A DNA stretch of 64,000 nt from the sequence record OP557969.1; one strand, given 5' to 3'. The position numbers and the translations under genes are program-made. Below are positions 56,224-64,000 of this stretch, in pieces. How positions within the stretch are numbered: the first letter of the stretch is position 1; every line of letters starts with the position of its first letter. The notes below the pieces were generated by a model that saw only the letters and a program-made list of their open reading frames with translations, was not told the origin of the DNA and searched no databases.

Positions 56224-56596
56224 ATTCCACCAGCATTGTTCTATACATGAATGTGATGATTGTGGTATGAACATGAGTGACATTTATACAGTTTCCTGTA
56301 AAGGATTCAAATTCACACACGGTGAACCTGCTTATTGTTATGGGACAGAAGAAGGTGATATCGAAGTAGTACTGAAAGAATTGTTCCAGTACTTGCAAAG
56401 TGCTGGTTATGATGTTACAATGCCCACATATTACGAAGATGATTATGACTCACATGTAGAAGAAAATACATATTATAATCAATTTGTTCATGGTAATGGA
56501 TTTATCACATACCTTCATGAGAATGGTATTGAGGTAAAAACTAAGTACACAAGTGATGATTACGAAAGTGATGACTCTATGGAGATTGAAGATTGA
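56204..56596 (+). CDS. Acidic hypothetical protein (CxxC)
   Basis: HECDDCG. Confidence 0.75.
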   Translation: MQIKKIKFHQHCSIHECDDCGMNMSDIYTVSCKGFKFTHGEPAYCYGTEEGDIEVVLKELFQYLQSAGYDVTMPTYYEDDYDSHVEENTYYNQFVHGNGFITYLHENGIEVKTKYTSDDYESDDSMEIED

Positions 56597-57177
56597 AAGC
56601 AAAAGACCTAGCAGCACTGTTGATGCAGAATCCTGAAATGGAAGTTTATCATGAGCATATGCATATTGATGATATGTATGAAGCGTACTATTCACCAGAA
56701 AATGTATCTGGTATTGAAATCACACCAAGTGGTGTATTCATCAGTACTGAACGTATTGATTACAATTCCCAGCAAGAAATCAAAACTCCACATAAAAAAC
56801 CTCGCATTGGTGCTATTGAACTTGTATTTCAACAGGATCGTCTGGTTGAGTACAACGAAGACGATGGTTCTACTCGAACTGATGTTGAGAATGTTGTTTT
56901 TCGTTTTTATAATGCATATGAAGACCCAACAACAGGTGAAGATTTCTTCCGTGAACTATTAAATGATGGGGAAGTTTATGGTGAAGATGGAACTGTGTTT
57001 GTATTGGACCCTAATTATGATCCAGATCACAACACATGGCAATTCTATACACCACAAGATGTAATGGAGGTTAAAGTACTTACTGACATTGACGATATGT
57101 GGAATCCAGTATATACTTCGATGACATTTGACGAAGCAAAGAAATACTTCGTTTCTAAACTAAACATTAAACAATAG
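56593..57177 (+). CDS. Acidic hypothetical protein
   Basis: TTG start, TTGA overlap; MKAKDLAALL. Confidence 0.8.
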   Translation: MKAKDLAALLMQNPEMEVYHEHMHIDDMYEAYYSPENVSGIEITPSGVFISTERIDYNSQQEIKTPHKKPRIGAIELVFQQDRLVEYNEDDGSTRTDVENVVFRFYNAYEDPTTGEDFFRELLNDGEVYGEDGTVFVLDPNYDPDHNTWQFYTPQDVMEVKVLTDIDDMWNPVYTSMTFDEAKKYFVSKLNIKQ

Positions 57178-57191
57178 GGATTCTCGAATTT

Positions 57192-57473
57192 ATGAAAATT
57201 GTTGCAAGTGCATGGATGAAACAATCAGATGGTACAAGTGCTTTTGAAGAGTATGGTTTTGTTGAAAGTGTAGAAGAATTAAATCGTTTCAAAAGTGAAA
57301 ATGATGATGATGTATTTGATATTGTATTCACCTATCACCATATTCCAAATGATACCGATTATGAACATTATTATTACAATCCTGACCTATTGGAAATTCT
57401 AGTGTGCGACAATCAACATGAAATTGATGAAAACACTGCTCTACTAATGTTGAGCACTGTGTCTCCGGTATAA
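57192..57473 (+). CDS. Acidic hypothetical protein
   Basis: ORF track. Confidence 0.75.
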   Translation: MKIVASAWMKQSDGTSAFEEYGFVESVEELNRFKSENDDDVFDIVFTYHHIPNDTDYEHYYYNPDLLEILVCDNQHEIDENTALLMLSTVSPV

Positions 57474-57481
57474 GGAGTTAT

Positions 57482-57961
57482 ATGTATAACCTTACAATTA
57501 TCCGCGAACCAAATGAATATGATGGTGATACGACATATGGTGAAGTTTTGGTATTTCAAAGTGCTGAACAAAGTGAAATTGAACGTGAATTAAAAGATTA
57601 TTTACGTGAACATTTATATCTATACCGTACTGATGCAAATTGTCATTATGGTGATATAATGTTTATTGTAACACACAATGGTGTAGTAATTGAATATGTG
57701 AATATGACAAATGCTATGGATTTTCTTAATTACACTGATACTTCTACACCATTGGATAATTATTTCAGTACTGTTTTTGATGAATTACGTAAGAACGTTT
57801 CTAGAAATGATAGATTCTGCACTAATGTTGGATTATTAGAATCAAATACAAGAAAGAATCTTTCTAAAAAGTATGATGAAGAACGTAAGAAAAATTTGGA
57901 AATTAAACATTTGCATGAGTTAATGAAGAAATATCCCAACGAGGTCAAATATGGCTCTTAG
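57482..57961 (+). CDS. Hypothetical protein
   Basis: ORF track; SD AAGGAG. Confidence 0.8.
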   Translation: MYNLTIIREPNEYDGDTTYGEVLVFQSAEQSEIERELKDYLREHLYLYRTDANCHYGDIMFIVTHNGVVIEYVNMTNAMDFLNYTDTSTPLDNYFSTVFDELRKNVSRNDRFCTNVGLLESNTRKNLSKKYDEERKKNLEIKHLHELMKKYPNEVKYGS

Positions 57962-58289
57962 AGGACAAACTCAATATAAGTGTATTGAAGAAATAAGAAA
58001 GAAAGACGGAACACTTTTTGACAGGAAATTAAAACAAGAATATAAAGACCTAAGAGATGTTATACGAAATGAAAGTTTCGGTGGGAAGCGTAGACAGAAG
58101 ATTTATGAATTTCTGAAGAATGGTTTAGAAATTCAAGTCAATGGACTTCATTGTGTACAAACTAAAAACGATCCAGATATTTTACGTCTTTTAAAAGAGG
58201 GTAAAATAGAAATGTTCAATACCCCAATTTCATCCTATGGTAATAGATTAAAATGTAAGCACACATACTTAAGGATTAAAAATGGGTAA
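57951..58289 (+). CDS. Basic hypothetical protein
   Basis: ORF track; SD GAGG. Confidence 0.75.
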   Translation: MALRGQTQYKCIEEIRKKDGTLFDRKLKQEYKDLRDVIRNESFGGKRRQKIYEFLKNGLEIQVNGLHCVQTKNDPDILRLLKEGKIEMFNTPISSYGNRLKCKHTYLRIKNG

Positions 58290-58866
58290 ATTAGTATATT
58301 ACTATGGTAGTATGTCTAGTGGTAAAAGTACTCATCTTTTGCAAAAAGCATATAACCATAAGAAAAATGGAATGAAGGTAATTTACTTAACCAGTGCACT
58401 TGATGATCGTTATGGAACTGGAAAGATTACTTCAAGGATTGGCATCGAAGCTGAGGCTGAAGTAATTCCAAAAAATGACATTAGTGTTCTTCTTAAAGTT
58501 AAAGAAACTCTCAATAATGATGTTGACATTAACAGTATCTATGTTGATGAATGTCAATTTTTAAACAGGGAACAGATTGACCATTTAGCTGATATCGCAG
58601 ATAATTATGGTGTTGATGTTTCTTGTTATGGAATCCGAACAGATTTTGAATCCAACCTATTTGAAGGTTCACAAAGACTGTTTGAAATAGCTGATGACAT
58701 ACACGAACTTAAGAACGTGTGTGAGAATAAGAAGTGTGGTAAAGAAGCTACCATGAATGCTCGTATAGTTGAAAGTACGGAGAAAGTGTTTATTGGTGGT
58801 GACGAATCATATAAAAGCCTATGCAGAAAATGTTACAAAGACTATATGAGGAATAAAAATGGTTGA
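58282..58866 (+). CDS. tdk: Thymidine kinase (type II)
   Basis: GSMSSGKST, SRIG, YVDECQF, YGIRTDF, FEGS, GGDESYKSLCRKCY. Confidence 0.95.
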   Translation: MGKLVYYYGSMSSGKSTHLLQKAYNHKKNGMKVIYLTSALDDRYGTGKITSRIGIEAEAEVIPKNDISVLLKVKETLNNDVDINSIYVDECQFLNREQIDHLADIADNYGVDVSCYGIRTDFESNLFEGSQRLFEIADDIHELKNVCENKKCGKEATMNARIVESTEKVFIGGDESYKSLCRKCYKDYMRNKNG

Positions 58867-59080
58867 TACATTATTGAAACGCGTTTTGAATAACGTACTA
58901 TATGGATTAAAAAAAGCAACAAATCTTATTTTTAGTTCAGTAGAAATGATTATTACAGTGCTGGTATTTTCACTTGTGCTACATTTTGTACCATTCTGGT
59001 TAGTTTTCATTGCACTCATTATTACACTTGGTGTACATGTTTATAATGTTTACTTAGAATTAATGAAAGATGGTGATTAA
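58859..59080 (+). CDS. Small membrane protein
   Basis: Two TM segments. Confidence 0.7.
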   Translation: MVDTLLKRVLNNVLYGLKKATNLIFSSVEMIITVLVFSLVLHFVPFWLVFIALIITLGVHVYNVYLELMKDGD

Positions 59081-59088
59081 ATTTAGTT

Positions 59089-59115
59089 AGACCTCACTAT
59101 GTGGGGTCTTTTTTT
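59089..59115 (+). terminator. Intrinsic terminator
   Basis: AGACCTCAC/GTGGGGTCT plus TTTTTT. Confidence 0.85.
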
Positions 59116-59127
59116 AAGGTAAATGAT

Positions 59128-59571
59128 ATGCATATTGAGGTAGAGACATTCAAACGTTTTATCGACATTTGTCGTCATACGAGTCTTGTATATTTGGGTC
59201 CAGGTGCAAACTTCAGAACATTATCTTCAATTTTAGGATATACTGAGCCATCATGTATATATTATGATGGTAATATGATTCATCTCACTGATGGTGATTT
59301 TAATGTTCAGTACATTTCCCAATGTGATATGTATGTGTTTAATACACCAGAATATAATATTATTATTGAAGAACGTACTAAAGATAATTACCCAACCAAA
59401 TATGTAAGTTGGGATAGAACAGACTGTGTATATGCTACTGGACCAGTACAGAAACCTATGAATTATCCTACTATTCATTTGAATTTTATCCATGATGAAA
59501 TAAAAGATTACTGTAACAGTATTTCTGATTCAGAAACAAAATACTTTCCTATTATATTTTTTAAGGTTTGA
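59128..59571 (+). CDS. Hypothetical protein
   Basis: ORF track 59101-59571; ATG 59128 after AAGGT. Confidence 0.7.
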   Translation: MHIEVETFKRFIDICRHTSLVYLGPGANFRTLSSILGYTEPSCIYYDGNMIHLTDGDFNVQYISQCDMYVFNTPEYNIIIEERTKDNYPTKYVSWDRTDCVYATGPVQKPMNYPTIHLNFIHDEIKDYCNSISDSETKYFPIIFFKV

Positions 59572-59963
59572 TTATGAGATGGCGTAAACGACACGTAAAA
59601 AGATTTGATAAAATAATCAAAAAGTATTTCTCGCACAAGATAGATCCAATGGTCCTTCAGATAAGGAATAGTATCTTTGACCGACGTTACCCACAGTGTT
59701 TAGAATCATTAGGTCGTAAGCGTTCCAAGAATGAATATCAGGTATATCGTTATGATTTATCAGAATTCTTTTTGAATACTCGTGTATCTGTTCCAATCCG
59801 AGTGTACTCAAGGGTAAAACGAAGTAGAATTCAAGATATCACGTATGGTTATCTTATGCTTGAAATTAGCGAACTCAATGAAAAAATGGGTAGAAATTTC
59901 AGTACTTTATGCCTAGAAAACCATGATACGATCAAAAGAATAATAGAAGAGATGGGAAAGTAG
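59568..59963 (+). CDS. Basic hypothetical protein
   Basis: ORF track. Confidence 0.7.
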   Translation: MIMRWRKRHVKRFDKIIKKYFSHKIDPMVLQIRNSIFDRRYPQCLESLGRKRSKNEYQVYRYDLSEFFLNTRVSVPIRVYSRVKRSRIQDITYGYLMLEISELNEKMGRNFSTLCLENHDTIKRIIEEMGK

Positions 59964-59981
59964 GATTTTTAGTGCTATAAT
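59954..59981 (+). promoter_or_regulatory. Probable early promoter
   Basis: GGGAAA-16 nt-TATAAT with TGC before -10. Confidence 0.5.
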
Positions 59982-59992
59982 TGGAGATGTGT

Positions 59993-60337
59993 ATGAAATA
60001 TATTGATAAAGGTACAGTTGAGACGCAGTACTGGAATATTCATATGGCTGGTGATATCCAAACAGCAAGGGAGTACACAAGAAAATTTGCATTCAATCAT
60101 GGTTTTTGTGTACAATTGACCCCATGTGAATACATCTATACTGGTGGTCTTGAAAGTGGAATATGTGCTCGTATTATTCAGTACCCACGCTTCCCAAAAG
60201 AAGAAGTATATCTCAACAGAGATGTATTAAACTATGCTAAGGGTTTAGCTGAAGAGATGTGTCAAAAGAGTTTTACTATTGAGCGAAACAATGATACAAT
60301 CTATTATGAAAGCGATGAACCTTTACACAAGAAATAA
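59993..60337 (+). CDS. Hypothetical protein (YPRFP motif)
   Basis: YIYTGGLESG...IIQYPRFP; SD GGAG. Confidence 0.8.
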   Translation: MKYIDKGTVETQYWNIHMAGDIQTAREYTRKFAFNHGFCVQLTPCEYIYTGGLESGICARIIQYPRFPKEEVYLNRDVLNYAKGLAEEMCQKSFTIERNNDTIYYESDEPLHKK

Positions 60338-60348
60338 AAGGAAAATAT

Positions 60349-60480
60349 ATGAATGGACTAAAGAAGTTTGGTAAAGATTTTCTAAAATGTATACGTTATA
60401 CATATGATGCAAATCCAGAAATGACTGCTATTGTAGGTGTGTTTATTGCACTCGTTGTATTAAGTTTTATTATGGTGTAA
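60349..60480 (+). CDS. Small membrane peptide (43 aa)
   Basis: SD AAGGA; C-terminal TM. Confidence 0.6.
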   Translation: MNGLKKFGKDFLKCIRYTYDANPEMTAIVGVFIALVVLSFIMV

Positions 60481-60484
60481 AAAT

Positions 60485-60688
60485 ATGATTGAAATTAATG
60501 CTGATATATATTGTAGTGCTTTTCCAAATTACTTCATTTATGCATTAAGTACATTTGGTGAAACTGAAGGTGAAACGTTTGTTCTAGTAGACAATACTAC
60601 ATGGTATAAAACAAGTAATAAAATTCCCGAAGATGTATTAAAAACATACACTCGTATTGAAAATAAGAATCTGTACGTGAATTTATAG
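60485..60688 (+). CDS. Hypothetical protein
   Basis: ORF track. Confidence 0.7.
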   Translation: MIEINADIYCSAFPNYFIYALSTFGETEGETFVLVDNTTWYKTSNKIPEDVLKTYTRIENKNLYVNL

Positions 60689-60696
60689 GTAATAAT

Positions 60697-61107
60697 ATGA
60701 TTGAAATGGAAGGAACTCTGGTGTATGATCCAGATCGTGGCACTATGAAAAAGAAGAAGGACTTCTGGTTAGTACTACAACTTCCGTTACAGTTGGCTAG
60801 ATACTATCAGTACTTCATTCGAACTGACTTACATATTGACATTAAAGACCCACAATGGGGGGCACATGTCAGTATCGTTCGTGGTGAAGTGCCACCAAAT
60901 CCAGAGTACTGGAAAAAGTACGATGGTAAAAAAATAAAAATACGATTTAACCCTGATATTGTCCAAGTCAAAGATAAAAAGAATCCAGGTTCGTTCTTCA
61001 TTATTGAGTTTGATGATGAATTTATTGGGAATATTCGAAAAGAATTAGGATTACATTCTAAGTATTTACGATACCACATCACTGTAGGAAGAACGTACTA
61101 CGATTAG
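60697..61107 (+). CDS. 2H phosphoesterase
   Basis: Two H-x-[ST]-hydrophobic motifs: GAHVSIV and YHITVG. Confidence 0.75.
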   Translation: MIEMEGTLVYDPDRGTMKKKKDFWLVLQLPLQLARYYQYFIRTDLHIDIKDPQWGAHVSIVRGEVPPNPEYWKKYDGKKIKIRFNPDIVQVKDKKNPGSFFIIEFDDEFIGNIRKELGLHSKYLRYHITVGRTYYD

Positions 61108-61125
61108 TTTTGTAGTAAATATTTC

Positions 61126-61153
61126 TTGACATAAAACAAAAACATGCTATAAT
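61126..61153 (+). promoter_or_regulatory. Sigma70-like promoter
   Basis: TTGACA-16 nt-TATAAT with TGC before -10. Confidence 0.75.
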
Positions 61154-61270
61154 ACTTAAACATTTGAAAAGAACGTTTTTGTACTGTAGAAAGTCCGATG
61201 AGGCTTTTGCAAAATGGCCTCTTTGCCATCTTTGTGATTGCCCATCTTAACAATCAACAAAGGAGGCGTT

Positions 61271-62197
61271 TTGAAACAAGCGAAAAAAGCACTGAAAACT
61301 AAAATTGCCGTAGGCGTATTAGTTTCATCAGCCCTATTCGCTGCTATTGGATTTTATGGTTTTTCACGACATGATCATGCACCATCATTAGACGAAAGTC
61401 AGGTGCATAATTTGAAACCACAGTTGACTCAAATTCAAAAGCAGGAACTACCACAGGTATCAGTACCGAAAACAGTTCCAAGCAGCGAGAAACATTATAC
61501 GGTTCAACCTGGTGATAGTTATTATTCTATTGCTAAAAAGTTTAAACCTAAAAATGTACAACTTGAAGAGTATGTTATTTTGTTGAAAAATATCAATTTA
61601 AATGCTACACTTCATACTTCTCAGGGTATCTTTATCCCAACAAAAGAGGATTTGAAGAACATATTATTACCAGATGTGACTGTTCTGTTTGATTACACTG
61701 ATCCAGAAATTATCAATCACATTAAAGAAGCTGAAGGTTCAATAGAATACCAGTCCAAGAATAAACGACGTTTACTGGGTGGTCAGGTTGGTGTTTCATA
61801 TCGTAATTCTAAATTTTATCCATACCGTGATGTAAAAGGTAACTATACGATTGGGTACGGTCACTACCTTGGTAAGAATGCTTCTGATGCAAGTAAGTAC
61901 CGTAACGGAATTACCAAATCACAAGCACATAAACTTTTATTGGATGACATGGAACGAATTAATAATGATTTAATTTTATTATTGAAGAAGCGAAATGCGA
62001 CAAACCTTACGGTCGAACAACAACGAATTTTATTTGAGATGGCATTTACTCTAGGAGTTGACAAGTTAAACACTTTCAATAAACTATGGAAAAGCGTTGA
62101 AAATCAAAATTACAACAAGTTCAAAAAAGAAATTAAGAATTCTCTATGGTATCGTCAAGTAGGAAACCGTGCAGAATTGTTGTTAAGCTCACTCTAA
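61271..62197 (+). CDS. Membrane-anchored LysM + T4-lysozyme-type (GH24) muramidase
   Basis: TTG after AGGAGG; N-terminal TM; LysM YTVQPGDSYYSIAKK; IKEAEG...YRDVKGNYTIGYGH; SLWYRQVGNRA. Confidence 0.85.
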   Translation: MKQAKKALKTKIAVGVLVSSALFAAIGFYGFSRHDHAPSLDESQVHNLKPQLTQIQKQELPQVSVPKTVPSSEKHYTVQPGDSYYSIAKKFKPKNVQLEEYVILLKNINLNATLHTSQGIFIPTKEDLKNILLPDVTVLFDYTDPEIINHIKEAEGSIEYQSKNKRRLLGGQVGVSYRNSKFYPYRDVKGNYTIGYGHYLGKNASDASKYRNGITKSQAHKLLLDDMERINNDLILLLKKRNATNLTVEQQRILFEMAFTLGVDKLNTFNKLWKSVENQNYNKFKKEIKNSLWYRQVGNRAELLLSSL

Positions 62198-62213
62198 AAA
62201 AGGTAGGTAAATT

Positions 62214-62546
62214 ATGCTAAATCTAAACATTCAAGGCAACATTGATATCACTCCAGCAATCCAAGATGCTATTTACAATGAAGCAAAAAGTCTGGATAAG
62301 TACCGTACTTCTTCAGTACTAGACATTGGTGTTCATGTTAAGAAAGAGCATAAAACTCAATATGCTGTAACTTTAACTGCTGGTAGTAAATCAGTGACTG
62401 CTGATGATGCTGATTTGTATAAAGCAATTGTTGAATCTTTTGATAAGATGGAAACTGTATTCAGTAAAGACAAAAGCATTAAATTGCACCGCCGAAACCA
62501 CCCAGAACATCCAGTTCTTGATGATTTGACAGAAAACGAAGAGTAA
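62214..62546 (+). CDS. hpf: Ribosome hibernation promoting factor / RaiA-like protein
   Basis: MLNLNIQGNIDITPAIQDAI...ADDADLYKAIVESFDKME. Confidence 0.8.
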   Translation: MLNLNIQGNIDITPAIQDAIYNEAKSLDKYRTSSVLDIGVHVKKEHKTQYAVTLTAGSKSVTADDADLYKAIVESFDKMETVFSKDKSIKLHRRNHPEHPVLDDLTENEE

Positions 62547-62554
62547 TATATACT

Positions 62555-62585
62555 AAAGGGACAGAATTAATCTGTCCCTTTTCTT
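62555..62585 (+). terminator. Intrinsic terminator
   Basis: AAAGGGACAGA/TCTGTCCCTTT plus T tract. Confidence 0.85.
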
Positions 62586-62599
62586 ATGGAGTTTTAATT

Positions 62600-62995
62600 A
62601 TGAATTGTTCCTGGATGGAAATTGTAAAATCTCTAATATCAACACATGATATGGACTTACCTGAACACCTAGTTATTAATAGATGGTTCTATCCATATCC
62701 AGATAACCGTTGTGTTGGAATTGGATTTTTTATTAATGAAAAATCTCAATATATTGTATTAATTGAAGATTATACAAAAACCAATATTGCGTTCTCAATT
62801 GAGTTGAATGTAGATCACATAAAATACTACACCAATAAAATGGATGAAGACGATGGTGATGTTATAATTCCAGCAGAAATAGACGAAGCTTCATTTTTTC
62901 AGTTATCATTAATTCATAATGTATCTGATATTACTTATGATAATGTGAAAGACCTTTTTATATTGTACAATAAACTGTATAATTACTTTATATGA
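62600..62995 (+). CDS. Hypothetical protein (family B)
   Basis: EIDEASFFQLSLIHN. Confidence 0.75.
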   Translation: MNCSWMEIVKSLISTHDMDLPEHLVINRWFYPYPDNRCVGIGFFINEKSQYIVLIEDYTKTNIAFSIELNVDHIKYYTNKMDEDDGDVIIPAEIDEASFFQLSLIHNVSDITYDNVKDLFILYNKLYNYFI

Positions 62996-63379
62996 TTGAG
63001 GTGTAAGTTGAGAAATACATTAATTAAAGTTAATTTATCACATTTCGACCCATATCAGAAATATGAAGAAAGTCGAAGATATAATATTAATGAATATTTC
63101 ACAATATATTTCAATAGAACATATAGCATGATCATCATTACTATTTGTAATCATATAAAAATTTGTATAACAAAAGACACAATAACTTTATACATTCAAG
63201 GCAAAGAAACTGATATTCCAACAGATTTGGATGAAGATGGATATGCTCAAGACGAATTCTTGAGAGATCACTTGTTGATTGAGTACAGCACTTATGCATT
63301 GATTAATTTCTACAAAGTAAATTACATTAAGTGGTTGTCTGGTGAATGTGATGATGGTATAATAGAGTATAATATATAA
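62996..63379 (+). CDS. Hypothetical protein (family B-like)
   Basis: DLDEDGYAQDEFL; start uncertain. Confidence 0.65.
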   Translation: MRCKLRNTLIKVNLSHFDPYQKYEESRRYNINEYFTIYFNRTYSMIIITICNHIKICITKDTITLYIQGKETDIPTDLDEDGYAQDEFLRDHLLIEYSTYALINFYKVNYIKWLSGECDDGIIEYNI

Positions 63380-63510
63380 TATATAATGAATACAATTATG
63401 CTTGAAGAAGATTAGGGTGTTTATTAACAAGAAATCGACGTGAACAAAGAACCAAAATACAAGCCTAATGGCTTCTGGGAACGTCTCTTTGATTGGCTGA
63501 TGGGGGAGTG

Positions 63511-63696
63511 ATGGAATATACAATATGTGCTATTATTTGTATCTTAGCTTTAATCTGTGGTGTTGGTGTGATGGTTTATTGTGATGTAGAACCCAGTACT
63601 GAAGTAGGTACAACCATCACATTTAAACCTGGTGTTAAAATTAATGATACCTATTGCTACAATCCAAACACAAACCGCTATGAGATTTGTTTATGA
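63511..63696 (+). CDS. Small membrane-anchored protein
   Basis: ATG after GGGGAG; N-terminal TM. Confidence 0.7.
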   Translation: MEYTICAIICILALICGVGVMVYCDVEPSTEVGTTITFKPGVKINDTYCYNPNTNRYEICL

Positions 63697-64000
63697 GAAC
63701 ATTCAACATTGTTCATATAATTGAACCGATTGCAGAACATATGAAAAACATAAGTAATAACGAGTCAGGTTTTTACTTCAATTTAGATAAACTTCATCGT
63801 TATACCAATGTATCTAGTTTTAATCGTGCTAAGAGACTTTATATCCGTATACACAACCTATGGTACAGTGATGATACGTTGATGATAGATATCACTGTTG
63901 ATGAAGACATAAAATTAAGATATATTGACGATTTTAAATCAGATGATATTCGTTCTGGTTCATTACCAATTGATGCTTCATATGAAGAATATCTGCAATA
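63693..64000 (+). CDS. 5' part of hypothetical protein (family B-like; runs off window)
   Basis: ATGA overlap; open to the end of the window; IDASYEEYLQ. Confidence 0.65.
   Translation, partial: MRTFNIVHIIEPIAEHMKNISNNESGFYFNLDKLHRYTNVSSFNRAKRLYIRIHNLWYSDDTLMIDITVDEDIKLRYIDDFKSDDIRSGSLPIDASYEEYLQ

Noticed and set aside
561-63523. Numerous minus-strand and nested alternative-frame ORFs in the track (e.g. 11738-12133, 12465-12899, 20232-20558, 28275-28625, 32841-33377, 40589-40906, 63188-63523)
   Set aside because: They lie opposite or inside well-supported + strand genes, lack SD sequences and recognisable motifs, and look like shadow ORFs.
1-64000. Stop-codon reassignment (prompted by the in-frame TAG at 25314)
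   Set aside because: TAG, TGA and TAA all end conserved genes at the expected positions (e.g. pseT TAG, nrdG TGA), and coding density is high under the standard code.

Overview
64 kb of an AT-rich (about 30% GC by eye) lytic dsDNA phage genome. Genes are densely packed and almost all on the + strand. Gene content includes RNA ligase 1, PNK, DNA ligase, ClpP, dCMP deaminase, Sir2, a NUDT16-like Nudix, PIN-PhoH, nrdD-grcA-nrdG, an RlaP-like nucleotidyltransferase, an ACP-like protein, spanins, thymidine kinase, a LysM lysozyme and HPF. Together with T4-type TATAAATA late promoters and many small paralogous ORFs, this points by inference to a RaK2/GAP32/PBECO4-like jumbo myovirus of a facultatively anaerobic gammaproteobacterium. 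I found no tRNA, CRISPR array, intron or integrase. The strongest unexplained signals are five. (1) A promoter-to-terminator unit of about 520 nt (54260-54779) with no sizeable ORF, raised GC, many helices and a duplicated module, followed by origin-like DNA hairpins. (2) Frame-independent enrichment of the palindrome (C)AGTACT(G), about 120 copies by hand count. (3) An FNR box at the class II position upstream of nrdD. (4) A self-contained unit of palindrome-overlapped promoter, basic protein and long 3' hairpin (33514-33897). (5) Modular virion proteins occurring in long and short versions, plus several paralogue expansions. All annotation comes from reading motifs by eye; no database search or folding program was run.
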